A DNA stretch of 62,043 nucleotides, the filler included, from Rhabdomonas costata (lineage: Eukaryota), in the NCBI GenBank assembly GCA_019059605.1. It is 16 parts of 16 records of this genome, joined end to end, with 100 filler letters (N's around TTAATTAATTAA, not from the genome) between each part and the next. Parts side by side here need not be neighbours in the genome. Positions count along the whole stretch, not along the records: positions 1 to 3,787 come from JAHMHO010000520.1; positions 3,888 to 7,673 come from JAHMHO010000521.1; positions 7,774 to 11,556 come from JAHMHO010000522.1; positions 11,657 to 15,442 come from JAHMHO010000523.1; 12 more parts are not named here. One strand, given 5' to 3'. Below, one piece after another: positions 1 through 12,099 of the stretch. The stretch's first letter is position 1. Every line of letters begins with the position of its first letter. A program made the translations under genes and the position numbers. The notes below the pieces were generated by a model. It saw only the letters and a list, made by a program, of their open reading frames with translations, had not been told where the DNA came from and made no database searches.

Positions 1-119
1 TGTGTTAGGTGAGTTTGGTTTGGGGTGGTATGGGGTGTGGTGGGGTGGTGGGCACAGCAATAGCGTTGGATTGTGCGCAAAACAAAAAGGATAAACCAAC
101 TCAATGCGAAAGGGTCCAC

Positions 120-2286
120 ATGCCTGTGTTCAGCACCGTGCACGCACAGGCAACTATGGTCAGGCAAAAGTAGTGCACCGAGAACAGGCCCAGCCAAATC
201 GGCACCGTGGTGCCCTCCAGCAGCGCTGTGGTTGCTGTACAGATTACGGCGGCGAACAGGTACACCATGACCTGCAACGCAATGCAATCATGCGAATCAC
301 GCAGAGTGCGGGTTCGCCAACACAAAAGGCCGCCTGTCAAGGTGGGTTTTTTGGTGATCATATTTCTTTCATCACAATTCCATTTTTTAGAATCGAGTTA
401 AGGGCACTGATTCAGAAGAGCCTTCCTTTATCCTCTCAGTAATTCGTTCGCAGCAATGAGGAACCAGCTACATTGTGAACCGCATTCGGTTATGTCCCCA
501 TAGAGTCCTGCAAGAGCGCAGATCTCCTTTATCAGGAAGCGAAAGGCCCATCAACCCACACCATTAGGTAGAGAAAGGGCACCAGTGCCCGGAGATTCCG
601 CGCCGCAACATAGTACAGCGCGTTCACGAAGGACGCCGCCAGGCCCATCCCGATCCCAAACAGGCACCCCGTGCCCAGCAGAGCCACCAGCACCACAATC
701 AGCCCCGCCGCCAGCCCGGAGCCCACCAGCTCCATCCGGCTCACTGGCACCCCCAGCCCTAGGTGCAGCAGCACCGCGAATAGAGCTGCTAGGTTTGTCA
801 AGACCGCTGCAGCCTCTGTGCCCGCATGGGTGAGGCAGTACTGCGAGAACAAGTTCATGAACCCGTAACCCGTGGAGATCACCACAAGGGTCACCAGCGA
901 GGAAAACCCAAGCTGGTCAAATGGGTTTTTGGGGCTCGCTGGATCGAGGGAACGGTACAGCACGGCCGCAGCCCCAAACTGTGCGCAGATCATGGTCATC
1001 CTCCAGGACACCCGAAGGGACTCCGGGACGCCCACGTAGAGGTTGTAGACAGGGTACAGAAGCCCTCCAGCAACGGTTCCGATAAAGATCAGCAGAAACC
1101 CAAAGAAGGGCCGAGCGTACTGCACCACAGGAAGGGACGAGTGTTTGGGACGCATCGCAGTGCTTTGGGCAAAAGCCACCGTTGATTCCTGTGAGGATGG
1201 CGAAGTTGTACACCGAAGCCTGCGCAGAGGCAGAAGGACAGGAACGACTGGAAGAAAACGCTAACCAGCTGTAACCAGCTGTAACCAGCTGAGCAGCCAA
1301 CCCACCAAACCAACGGGACTTTTCTCGCAATCTCAAATGTAATCCGTGTGTCAATCAAGTATGGTGACGCCCGTGAACCATTAGAAAACACATTCGCCGT
1401 TAGAAGACACACTCTTCACCATTCCGCATGCCGCGCGATGTGTCACGTCCTTCTCACCCTGCAACAGGTGGCACTGATGCATTGGGAAGTCATTTCCCGA
1501 AGGGACATGCATCAGTCGTCATCGCGTCGGTCGTGTACCGTGCACATTCAACCGCTCACACGCACAATCATACAAACTAGTGTCCACCGAAATTAACTGC
1601 TCTTTTTGACAGGCAGTTCTGTTCGAGAGGCCCTAGTTTGGCTTTTGGTTGGCCTCAATGACACCCACAGAGAGAAGCAGTTTAAACCGGCCCAATATAA
1701 ATAGTATCTCGCGCCATTATCACGTAAACACATAGCCCCAATCGAAAGCTTAAATGCTTAAATAGTGCTCTCTCGGTTCCACGGAAACTTGATACCTACG
1801 CCAGGTCCGATCCCGGCATAGGAGGGTTGCGAACCCATGTGGGCAGGGTGGGTGTATGTTAAGTGCCCCCCCTCCGTCCAAACGCTTTTGGGGTGATCTC
1901 AGGGGATACGAGAAGGTCCGTAGGTCAGCAAAGGAGACTGGGAGGGCATTGCTGAATGACGCAACTGAACGACACGAAGGACATGAGAGAATATGTACAC
2001 ACTCAAAAGCTGAGTCGAGAGCCGCCGCCCCGGTTAGCGGAGATGTACGTGACGCTTGGTCCCAAGCCACGCCTGCCCTGCGGGAGCTGGTCAAAAGGGG
2101 CATTCTCTCGCTGAGCGGGCTAAAATCCTCTGTGTACACACACGCGATCGGGCTCACTGTGGGCAAGGACACAGGCGATGCCATGGCGAACTGCTGACTC
2201 GAGACGCTTCCAGAACGGAGTGCAGATCTCTCCAGGCTCGCTAGCAGCTTGATCGATTCCGTGGGAGTCTGAGGTGGCGAGTCCAT
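120..2286 (-). CDS. DMT/EamA-superfamily multi-pass transporter, spliced, 3' end off the contig
   Basis: Hydrophobic ORF 1179-532 (GFLLIFIGTVAGG...EAAAVLTNLAALFAVLL...ELVGSGLAAG...GLAASFVNALYYVAARNLR) ends at GT donor 561; in-frame CAG exon 271-~120 (VMVYLFAAVICT...). Candidate first exon 2286-2049 (MDSPPQ...ERMPLL, dileucine-like motif) is tentative; I could not resolve the linking exons. Confidence 0.7.
1263..1292 (+). repeat. Short tandem repeat, about 3 x TAACCAGCTG
   Basis: Read directly. Confidence 0.8.
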
Positions 2287-3131
2287 CAATAGGGCAAGCG
2301 TCACAGCAACGGAAATTTCCGAATCGAAAAGAATTTACTCAGTTCATCACCCGTCCCGACCTCAAAGGTCACCACAATTCTGGAGAAGCCATTGAGTCGA
2401 ACTGTGAAGGGGCGAGTACGTCGGGGGCAGAAATAAGCAGAGGAGAAACAAAATGAAGGACGCTCCACCGGCATTCAGGAAAAGATCCATGGCCTCAGTG
2501 AAACGCGGAAACTGCAAGTGATCTGAAACAAAACTACGGGATGTATGTGTGTATACTGCTGCCATCCGAAGAGAAGCATATAGTAGTCACAAGGAGCAGT
2601 CTGAAAACATACCAGTTACTCAAATCCATCTACTGGTGCTTTTGGACCACTTCTCGCTCAATAGGGTACAGAAACATGTACGATGCTCACTCCCACATTT
2701 CGCGCACATCCAATTCCCCAAAGGCAATAATCACTGGACCCTCGCTTCGTCCTATTGTCGGGTGTGCATAAACAAAGAAGAATTTAACGTTAAAATTTTG
2801 CTCCTGCGGCAATGCCCTTCTGACCGACTTACCCCCCCTCCCCCAGCATTTGACACTTGACAATTTGGCAACAGGGGGCAAATGGTGGTAACATGATAAG
2901 ACACGCATTTTCCTCCAGAGCAGGAGAAAACGACTGAAACGGCCATTCAAAACCACAAGCCCCGGGGTGGGCCATGCAACCGTTATACAAAAGTACAAGC
3001 GAACATTGCACACAAGGAATCACATGAAACCGCGGCCATTTTAGGCACAGAAGAGAAGTGCGAAGTCCGCATCACGAACCCGCGGCACTCACCACAGGGG
3101 CACTGGTCGACCAAGCGAGTGCAGCCACCAA

Positions 3132-3408
3132 TCACAAGGGGGGCAACATCTTCGGCTTGCTCAGCCTGATAGCGAGGGACGACAAGAGCGGGGCCGGAGC
3201 CCAGGAACGGAGAAACAAACACAATGACCACAGTCCGCCATGAGGAATTGCGTGGATGATGCTGGTGGTGCGGTTGCGGTAAATGGGCGAAGGACACCCA
3301 CGCAGCGTACCGGTCAGACATGGACTTGAGGTCCCCGGCACCTAGTACGGGTCCCGGCCTGGGCTGGAAAGTGTACTGCTGCTCCAGCTTCTGCAGAGTG
3401 CCCTTGCG
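3132..3408 (-). CDS. 3' end of unknown gene (RKGTLQKLEQQYTFQPRPGPVLGAGDLKSMSDRLSKPKMLPPL*)
   Basis: Exons 3408-3311 and 3165-3132 joined by a phase-compatible GTACGC...TATCAG intron; TAG acceptor upstream of the first exon. Confidence 0.55.
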
Positions 3409-3787
3409 CTATGAGCCAAAAGGAGAGCGTGTAGTCGTCTTAAGTGACAGGTGAGTAGTGCACACACGCGGTGTGCCCGATTACTTTTATACTTATTTTC
3501 AGCCGTTTCGCCGTAAAGTTCCAACGTTGGCCGCAGCTGCCATATGCCACCATATTAACGGCAAAAACGCAAAAACGCAAAAACGGGAGGTTCCACCTAC
3601 CACACCAGCCCTGTTGTCCCCCCAAATACCATCGCTGCTTTACTGCAGCACTTCAAGGTCGGGTTGGAAGTATAATCAAGAAGAAACACAAGAGAAAAGC
3701 CGGCTCTCGATGGGTCTTGATCCAAAAAGAAGCAAGGGCGCAGAAGTGCCCACACGTTAGCCAGGTCAGTGTAGTAACGCTCCGCGA

Positions 3788-3887
3788 NNNNNNNNNNNNN
3801 NNNNNNNNNNNNNNNNNNNNNNNNNNNNNNNTTAATTAATTAANNNNNNNNNNNNNNNNNNNNNNNNNNNNNNNNNNNNNNNNNNNN
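3788..3887. other. Artificial contig spacer (first of 15; others at 7674, 11557, 15443, 19325, 23204, 27083, 30959, 34857, 38731, 42603, 46542, 50426, 54296, 58165)
   Basis: Identical 100-bp N-TTAATTAATTAA-N block recurring about every 3.88 kb; TTAATTAATTAA gives stops in all six frames. Confidence 0.98.
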
Positions 3888-4368
3888 TTTTGTGGTGAGC
3901 ACTTGAGCTTCAAACGACACCGGAAGGCAGTTGGTGAAGTGGTTTTCAAATCTGGCACCGCCGTCTCTAGACTTGCTTGGAAGGTGCAGGTGGCCTCCAA
4001 CCTTCGTTGCCACGTCGAGCTGCAATGACGTACTTGGTTTTGAAGGAATGGTGACCTGCACGCACTGGGGCAAGGGCCACGAGACCAATCCGGACAGAAT
4101 GGTTTTCAGACATGCTTCTACTGATTTTTTCTTGGAGGCTTTGAAATTCTGATAGTTGCACATCACCTTGTCGTCTTCCCTTCCATGCTCAGATGGGCCT
4201 CCTGCTTTTCCGTCATCCTGCTACCACCCATTTTCCACTCCCTTATCCGGTGTTAACTTGCAGGAAAAGGAAAAACCAAGTGAAAACTTGCAGGAAACTT
4301 TTCATTTGCCCGTTTCAGTGTCTGGCAGTCGCACCAAATGTGATCACATCCCCTTTTCACGTGTATAG

Positions 4369-4893
4369 ACATCCTCGGTGGAGGACGCAGTTCTCTTTGA
4401 GACCTCTCCCGAGATGTGCTATCCTGGGCTGCGAATAAGCTCCTGCCGGACTCGCGTGACCAAGCCGGAGGGCATCTGCTTCTACGGGACCTCCGTGCGC
4501 GTAGGGGGTCTGACTGGGAAGCCGGGGCACCGGCGCCATGTCACCTTCCTTGTCCACCATGCCACAGACGTGATTCTAGGCGTTGGGCCCGCGCAGCACT
4601 CCTCGCTCTCGCAGTTTAGCATGTGGCCGCACAGCCTATCTGAGGTGAAGACTGGGGTCAGCTTGAGCTCTGCGGGCAAGCTGAGCACTGGGGGGAGCTC
4701 ATGGGATAGCGGGCGGGAGTTCGGAGCTGGGGACCGGGTGCAGGTGGTGGTCGACCGCACCGGCTCGCGCAGCGCCGTGGAGTTCCTGGTGAATGGGGTG
4801 GCCGCCACAGAGACGGTTCCCCTGCGGTTTTCTGAAGAGGCCGTGTTTATCGTGACTCTGGATGCCTCAGATGATAGCGTTGAGATCATGTAG
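4369..4893 (+). CDS. Terminal exon encoding a SPRY/B30.2-like beta-sandwich domain
   Basis: TAG acceptor at 4368, GC3-rich ORF to TAG; pattern VILGV...FGAGDRVQVVVD...VEFLVNG resembles the SPRY GD.V.V.LD...F..NG motif. Confidence 0.65.
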   Translation, partial: TSSVEDAVLFETSPEMCYPGLRISSCRTRVTKPEGICFYGTSVRVGGLTGKPGHRRHVTFLVHHATDVILGVGPAQHSSLSQFSMWPHSLSEVKTGVSLSSAGKLSTGGSSWDSGREFGAGDRVQVVVDRTGSRSAVEFLVNGVAATETVPLRFSEEAVFIVTLDASDDSVEIM

Positions 4894-5383
4894 CTCGCGG
4901 GCTGCTGTTGTTGTTTCTCTCTTTCTTTGTATGTGTTTGCAACAGTGTCAGCTGCGGTCTTTGATACGCTGCATTGCCGTTGTTAATTAATTCCTTTGGC
5001 TGTGTTTGCTGTGGGTGCGTCGCCTCGCGAGCACTGAAAATTTAGGCAATGAGGATTCCGAGCGAGGGTGTCAATGGCAGGCACTGTTCGAAAAGGAAAG
5101 TGATTTTCATCTCTATTTTTAATGGAATACTCACTGCATTTCCACTTGGCTTAGAGCCGCGAGCCTTTGTGAGCGGTTTTTTTTCCTCCTGAATGCGAAA
5201 TTTGGTGCAATTTTTTGTGCCAACCCATTCAATGGACACCGAGTCTTCTTCTTGAAGGAAAAATCAAGCCTCTTGTGTGTCAGATTTCTCACATTTGCGT
5301 TTTTTGGGGAGCCTTTAATTGGAGCGGAGGGTGGTGAACAACAGGCGGCGGGTTGGCTGGGGTCAAGTGCGGAGTTGGGCGAA

Positions 5384-6234
5384 ATGAACCCAGGGCAGCT
5401 TCGCGAGGCCGCAGAGTGGCTGGTGCAGGCCCGGAGGGTGGTGGTCTTTTCCGGCGCGGGGCTATCGAAGGAGAGCGGGATCTCCACCTTCCGCGGCGAA
5501 GGCGGGCTGTGGTCAAGGTTCTTCAACCTCTCCCTGGTGTATTTTGGTGTGTGGGCGTGAAACCCCCCCCCCCTCACACTTTTTTTCAGGTCGCGCTTCC
5601 GTTCGTTCTTGAGTATATGTGCGGGGGAGGGATACAGATGTGGATGCGGGCTTTTGTGTTTTCTTTTACGGCTTTTGAAAGGTGATGAAAGCGAGAGACA
5701 AGGATGGAACATCATGGGATGGCTTGTCGTGAAATCTGAGGTTCGGAGGCGTTTGACCTTTTCTCCGCCCGTTTTTTTTTCGCCGGATCGTTTTTGGAGC
5801 TGAAGATTTGCTCTTAGAAAGTGTCGCAGACGATTCCAAAGTGACCGATATTTTTTTTGGCTTGAGTGAATTGGGAAAAGGCGGTTTTAGGTGACACTCA
5901 GTCGTGCATGCTAAATGAGCTGGTCTTTGTGTGAGCCTTCCTAGACTTCAATGGGGCTCTGTTTAATATAGTTGGTGAACAGATGGTGCTGTTGAATTTC
6001 GTTCGTGTTCTTGCCCCTTTGTTACGCGTTCCACGCGTTCCAGGCACTCCCGTGGGCTGGAAACTGACTCCGCGGGTCTCTTGGAAGGCCTACCTTCAGT
6101 ATTTTCTGGAGCCTGTGGCAAAGGCAGAGCCCAACGCAGGCCATCACGCCATCGCCGAGCTGGAGAAGCTCCTTAAAACAGCGGCTGCCAAAGTGCCTGG
6201 CTCACAAGAGAAGGAGTTCACTGTGCTCACTCAG
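5384..6234 (+). CDS. NAD-dependent deacylase (sirtuin, CobB/SIRT5-like), N-terminal exons
   Basis: Exons 5384-5546 and 6044-6234 (GT-AG, phase 1): [45 protein letters not shown], then a GT donor at 6235. Confidence 0.9.
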
Positions 6235-6631
6235 GTCCTCACAACATATGGGTGCTGGATTGTTGCTGCTATAATATTGTATGTTGTGGTCGGTCTTTTC
6301 CTTATTTCCACTGAAGCGTTTGCGAGGCAATTGAGGCCCACCTCGACTGCGAGTGCAACCACTGCAACTAATAGCAAAAAAAGGTCGGGGGCCCGGCATA
6401 CAGGAAAAACTCAACCCTTGCGCACCCGAGGCCACCTGTTGAAGAACGAGTGGTGTGGAGCTGTTGCACACTGCAATCGCGGAAGATGCAGTCAAGCACA
6501 ATAAAGGTACAGGAGAACTTCTCAAGAGGAGTCCTCAGGAGACAACCTCATCCTCGCAACCAACCAAAGACAATAAGGTCTCGTGCAAGTCTCGATGTGC
6601 GAAACAGGAGGGTAGGCGCGAAGAAGGGGAC

Positions 6632-7673
6632 CTACAGCAGCTCCTTCACGCGCTGGACAAGCTCAGGAAGCACAGTCCCCGCAGGTCCTGTGACCAATAT
6701 ACTTCCCATAAAGCACCAAAACAAAAAACAAAACAAAAAGAGGCAGGGCTGCATCACTCAAGGAATTCACCTCGTATCAGGCAGACTTCTTATTGAAAAG
6801 CACTGCCCAGCGGTCTCATTCACGGGCAGGATGGAACCGATGCGTGGTAGAGGGTGCTCAGGGCTCAAACGGGGCACGGAGCCCGCAGAGGGCACCGATT
6901 CAAATTACAAATGTCACAGAAAATAGCCCCGTAGATGTTCTTGCATCTGCAGGGCAGTATTTTCCGTTCTGGAAGCTCGTTTCATTTACACTGGTGTTGT
7001 GCTCCTTCTTGCCCGGAGAGACCGCATAAGGGTTCAGGGTGGGGGCTCATAACAAAGGCGAAAACAAAGGAGGCGGGGCGGATGCGACCTTGCAGAAAGA
7101 GGCTCACAGAGCTCGAGAAGGTCGAGGGGTTGGGGTTGACCTCAACGCTCTTGACTCCAGCTTTCGTCATTGCAAGCTCTGGTAAGGAGGCCGCAGGATA
7201 AACCACCTATTGTTGGGGAGGAGGGGGGGGGGGAATGAAGCGTATACGTGGCACCAAACAGAGCTTAGGCGTATTGCTAAAAGTCCTTTCTCGCCCCCAC
7301 GACCCAAACGCAGAAAAAAAGCAAGCAGATTCTAATCTGCGCGCAGAAATCAAGCAGAGCGCGGTGAAAGCAGGGAAACCATGAAAAGACACGTTAACAT
7401 TTGAGCACAGAAAAACACTGAATCTAATGCTGTTCATTCCCAAGGACAAGAAACAACAGTCCCGCCGTGTCTCTTCGTCTTTGTTATTTGTCTTCGGCAA
7501 AAGAATGCACGGTGAATGATTCAAACAGTAACGCAGAAAAAACAGTAAAGCAAATGAGTAATCCCGGGGCACCACGAGAAGGAGCGGGGACTGTTCAGAA
7601 AGACCGAAACTGAAAAGACACGCGCAGAAGTCGAGCAAGATAAAGAGAGACACCCCGCTGGTGCCCACAACAA
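6632..7673 (-). CDS. Sirtuin C-terminal exons on the opposite strand
   Basis: Exons 7673-7654, 7206-7089, 6687-6632 splice GT-AG in phase to VVGTSGVVYPAASLPELAMTKAGVKSVEVNPNPSTFSSSVSLFLQGPAGTVLPELVQRVKELL*; GTS, VYPAA and EVNP are CobB-class motifs. Confidence 0.88.
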
Positions 7674-8082
7674 NNNNNNNNNNNNNNNNNNNNNNNNNNN
7701 NNNNNNNNNNNNNNNNNTTAATTAATTAANNNNNNNNNNNNNNNNNNNNNNNNNNNNNNNNNNNNNNNNNNNNTGTTGTTGTGGTGTGGAGTGAGTTTGT
7801 TGTGAGTTTGATGAGAGTTGGGAGTTGAGCGGAGTGAAGTAGAGTCACGGTAATTCAGATGCGAGGAAGAACCATTTTAAACCAGTTGACGGGCTGAGCA
7901 GAGCGAAAAGGGCTTCGTCCCGCACATATGCAAAGGCCGCCGGAAAATAAAACGGACACTTTTACGCGTTTTCATGGAATTTCCACTTTTGGTGTTGCGA
8001 GTAGATATCGTTGGCTCTTCAGAGGGTGCATATGGGCGCTTGTGGGAGAGCCATCATGGGGGTCAGGACAGGGGGTGGGGAC

Positions 8083-8833
8083 CTGAATGTGAACGATGAG
8101 CAAGTAGTAAAGCTCTTCGGCGGAGGCGCTTCCATAGCGGTTTCGCTCTGAACGGCGATCCGGCTCTTGCCCGATTTAGGGGTGTGGGGCTGGGAGGCAG
8201 AGGGAGTCAAAAGTGAAAACCAAATCATGTCCTCCGTAGTGCACTCATCAGAAAAAGGAGGAAGGAAGGAAGGATGGATGGATGGCTTGAAAAGAAAACG
8301 CAATTGAGTTCACAACAAAAGATCACGGGTGGAATGAAAGCCAGAGGATGCTAAGGGGGATCCGTTTCCTGCCACTTTTGCCACCACTTCACTCATCTCT
8401 GTAGGTTCGCCATTCCCCACTGAAAAATAAGTAATTAAGGGCCAACAAACCTTACCGTTAAAATATAGCAAGCTTTCCTTGTCCACCGCAGCCTGCAAGT
8501 GAAATCGGAAATTATCCGATCCAGATCACATTGGTGCCCGTGCTTTTCACGAGTGAAAAACCCGCTGGAAGCTTCCATCCCTCTTCCATCGTCCCGAGTT
8601 TAGTGCTGCGCTTGAGCAGGCCCAGATGAGCCATAATGGACGAACAACAACCCCCCGGAGAAAACGATATCATCTGCGAAGTGGATTCCACCAGGAGAGG
8701 AAACCGTGAATCATTATTCATAATTCGTAGTGGTGGGGTGTTGAGACTGACCGATTATTACCATATTTTCCCGTACCTTCAATGAGGGCGGCAGCGATGC
8801 TGCCGAGCGGAGCTCAGAGGCGGTGAGTCCCAT
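8083..8833 (-). CDS. 5' exons of unknown, possibly N-myristoylated protein (MGLTASELRSAASLPPSLKAAVDKESLLYFNEPDRRSERNRYGSASAEELYYLLIVHIQ...)
   Basis: Exons 8833-8777, 8492-8456, 8165-8083 with donors GTACGG, GTAAGG, GTCCCC and matching phases; MGxxxS N-terminus. Third exon is less certain. Confidence 0.55.
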
Positions 8834-9469
8834 CTTTGGTCGGTGCGGCACTATCGCACTTTCGCAAGAAAAGGGACTTGGAAGGGGGGGGGGGCAAGAG
8901 AAACGAGAAAAGAAGCAGAAAAGAAGTTTAGAAACGACAGGCTGCAAAAAGGAAATGACAAACGGATGACTGGAAGCCACGCAAGGATTGCTCATTCGGT
9001 GAGAGGGGGTGTGAGTTGCATTGTAAAGGACAGTCAGCATAATCAGATAGTGTCACAATAAAAGAAAACGAGGAATGCACAGCCGATTTGTGGGGAGGTG
9101 TATTCACTTCAGACCAGAAACGAACATCCTATTTGGACTGCTGTTCAGGACGGCCATCCTGCGTTTGAACCCTTTCCATGGTTCTATGGGGCGTAGAGCA
9201 ACCGGGTGGCCGGGTGGAGGAGAACCGAAGGACCACTGAGAACCTGCCTAGAGCGGTGATTGCGCCTACCTCATTACTACCTGAAAAAGGCATTCGAAGC
9301 ACCCCTGCGATTCGTGAGCGTCATCCAAGCATCCGATGGGATTTCCAACACCTTCAAATCCAACAGGTTACTGTGACCCAAAATCTGCGAAGACATGGTT
9401 TGCGCGATTCACTTGTGCCTTCGTGGGAGAGCAACCCCTCCCGGGGCTCCTTTCCAGCAGTGAGCCGCC

Positions 9470-11556
9470 TCACCACTCCTCCGACTCCTTGCGGGGGCGC
9501 TTCTTGGCAGCGGGCCGTGTGCGATCCCGGAGCCTCCGCTCTCGCTCGTTCAGGGGCCTGCACAGAAAAGAAGGTCAGGGCAAGTTTTATTGCCTTGAAA
9601 CCCCGTATGCTTTTTCACAAACCAAGTTAAGTTATGTGTGTGAGCTCAACAGTATTTGGCCCGGGTCATCCAAACCGAAGGCGTTTCACAGGTAAAACCA
9701 AAACAGCGGGTACAACGGTAGAGGCTAACTGGTTTTTGATTTTCAGAACTATTCAACGTCCAAGGTGTCGGTGAGGTGCGCTCAAGCTGTATCCAGAAAG
9801 CGCCGTTCCGGCGCTGAAAAGGGTACAACTTGGAATTCAACCATTTCGTAAGACTGCAATGCAATAGGGAGGACAGGAAGATGCCTGCCGACGGGTCTTT
9901 TCTCCATCTGGCCCACTGGGCCTGAGCTCTTTCTCTTCACCAGCTTGTCATACGCTGCACAAGTAGAGAAAAAGGTGAGAATAAAGACAAACAGGGGAGA
10001 AAAGGACAACGTGTGCAACAGTGTCAAAAAACCCATAAACGATGATGAATACCCTCTTTTTCAAGGGGGTTTCTTCTACAATGAACCATCTCACCTCTGG
10101 AAGTTCTTCAAAATTAAAACAGGCAGGTCGACCTATTTGCCTTCACCGCCCTGCGGTGATTCGCGGTCTTTCCAAAACTAAGGGAATCGCCTCAACTGCA
10201 ACTTGCACACGCTGTAAACAAGCCCCAGCGCAAGAGGAACCCATACGTTGCGACGCAGTGCGCGCAATGCATAAAATGTTTTTGTAACTCACTTGATGTG
10301 GACCCATCATCGATATTACACAATAGGACGATTAAGGGGGATGGGGATGGGGCCAAGCGTACACACTCTTGTAAATTCCGAGGAAGTCATGGCCATCGGA
10401 GGGGTCATCCTTCATTCGCATTTCTTCACCGATCTCGTCCTCGTTCAGATCGTCGTAAGAAAAGCGGTTGAAGTAGTCCTGAGAGAAAATAAATGACAAC
10501 TCGGACGAAGCACTAACCCGAGCACCATGGAAATACGAGTAGGGACAAAGTCCAACGAGGTTTCTTCCACCGTGTCAAGATTTGGCTTCCAGCCCTCACC
10601 TGTTGCTATTCCGCTTTTTGCGAGCTCTGCAGTTCGTACAAAGTCTCTCCGCCTTTTTTGTACATATGCTCACCCACAGGTTCTCTGGGTTTGCAAGGGA
10701 AAGCAGCTGATGCAACATTCTCGGGTCGCACTTCAAAACGATCGGATCGCTAAATGCAAAACCGATCTGCACTTACACATGCTTCCTCGAGGAATCACCG
10801 AGGAATGCCCAAGAAAAGAAAATGTATACGAAAAAGCAACACACCATTCAGTAATGAGCCCGCTCCGATCACACACAGAGATAGGGGTGACGCGCTATTA
10901 GTGAGGCATGTATTATTATTATGGACAGTGAGAAAAAGAGGGGACCACCCTTCAACTTGAGAAAATCTTCCAGCCTTGAGAAACTGTCTCGCGCCGTTCA
11001 TCGCCCGTGCGTGTGTGTCGCGCCCACGCTGGCAAAAGCATACCGTTTTGTCTTCAGCTGGTAAACTTGGCAGCTCAGCTAAAAAAAACGACAGGAAAAA
11101 GAAAAAATGCACAGACGGTTTTGGTGTCTGGGAGCACCTCAAAGAAAATGGAAACACGCCCTCAAGGAACCGTTGGTCTCATCGATAAAGCTCTGGAGAA
11201 AGCCGTTGTCCCAGGAAAAAAGTAAACGAGGGAAAGAGGGGGAAACAAGAAATAAGAAAAAGGAAAAGGAAAAGAAAGAAGGGGCGGGAAAGAGGCTTGG
11301 AGGGAATACGATGGCACATGCAAAATAAGGAAGGAACACGAAATTCAAAATGACCCAAAGAGATCGGAAAATTCATGAATCTCAATATCCCACGCAACCG
11401 CACACAAAAAAGCAGAGACAAACCGGTGCCTGGCTTTGCGGGCGCCGCGCCTTCCTCGCTGCCTCCATCCGCGCTGGCGCCGTCCTCGTCCTCGTCCTGG
11501 TCGCTGTTCTCGATCTCAGTCGGGAACCTGGAGCCGCGGTGCAGGGTCTCCTCCAC
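9470..11556 (-). CDS. Multi-exon unknown gene, 3' part; acidic tracts and basic NLS-like C-terminus
   Basis: Exon-like segments 11556-~11425 (ENSDQDEDEDG), ~10760-10674 (DPIVLKCDPRMLHQLLSLANPENLW, GTGAGC donor), 10488-~10363 (DYFNRFSYDDLNEDEIGEE), 9557-9470 (PLNERERRLRDRTRPAAKKRPRKESEEW*). Several junctions have more than one solution. Confidence 0.5.
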
Positions 11557-12099
11557 NNNNNNNNNNNNNNNNNNNNNNNNNNNNNNNNNNNNNNNNNNNN
11601 TTAATTAATTAANNNNNNNNNNNNNNNNNNNNNNNNNNNNNNNNNNNNNNNNNNNNGTTTTTTGATAGGGTGAAATGTGGGTGAAAGTATGTGCTGTGGG
11701 GGGGGGCGACTAAATGTCAGAAACTGGATGTGTTAGGGTGTGGCCAAAAGAATCCGATAATCGGGAAAAGGGTGCGAAGGGCACAACAAGTGCAGCAAAA
11801 ATGGTGCAGACGTCAAGTGCAGTGTACATGTGTGTGTGCTGGTCTTCTTGATCATCGGTGGCATCAGGGGGGATTTCCCGGCGGCGCCCAGGGCTGAGGC
11901 GGGAGGGGGTACTGCCGGCTGCGGCGCGCAGTGGCTGTTGCTTGGCGGCCGGTTGCCGGCGGGTTATTGGGCGGACTCTTTCCAGAAAGACAAGCAAAGA
12001 AACACATACGCGCGGAATGGCGGTGCAGCAGTGGCGTGGAGTGCATGAAAAACACAAATGAGCATTAACAGGGTAGCACAAAGAAGAGCACGAGAAAAA

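Noticed and set aside
1..50. G/T contig ends as telomeres of gene-sized nanochromosomes
   Set aside because: Wrong strand polarity, no fixed repeat unit, genes are cut mid-sequence, and the similar contig lengths are simply explained by length sorting.
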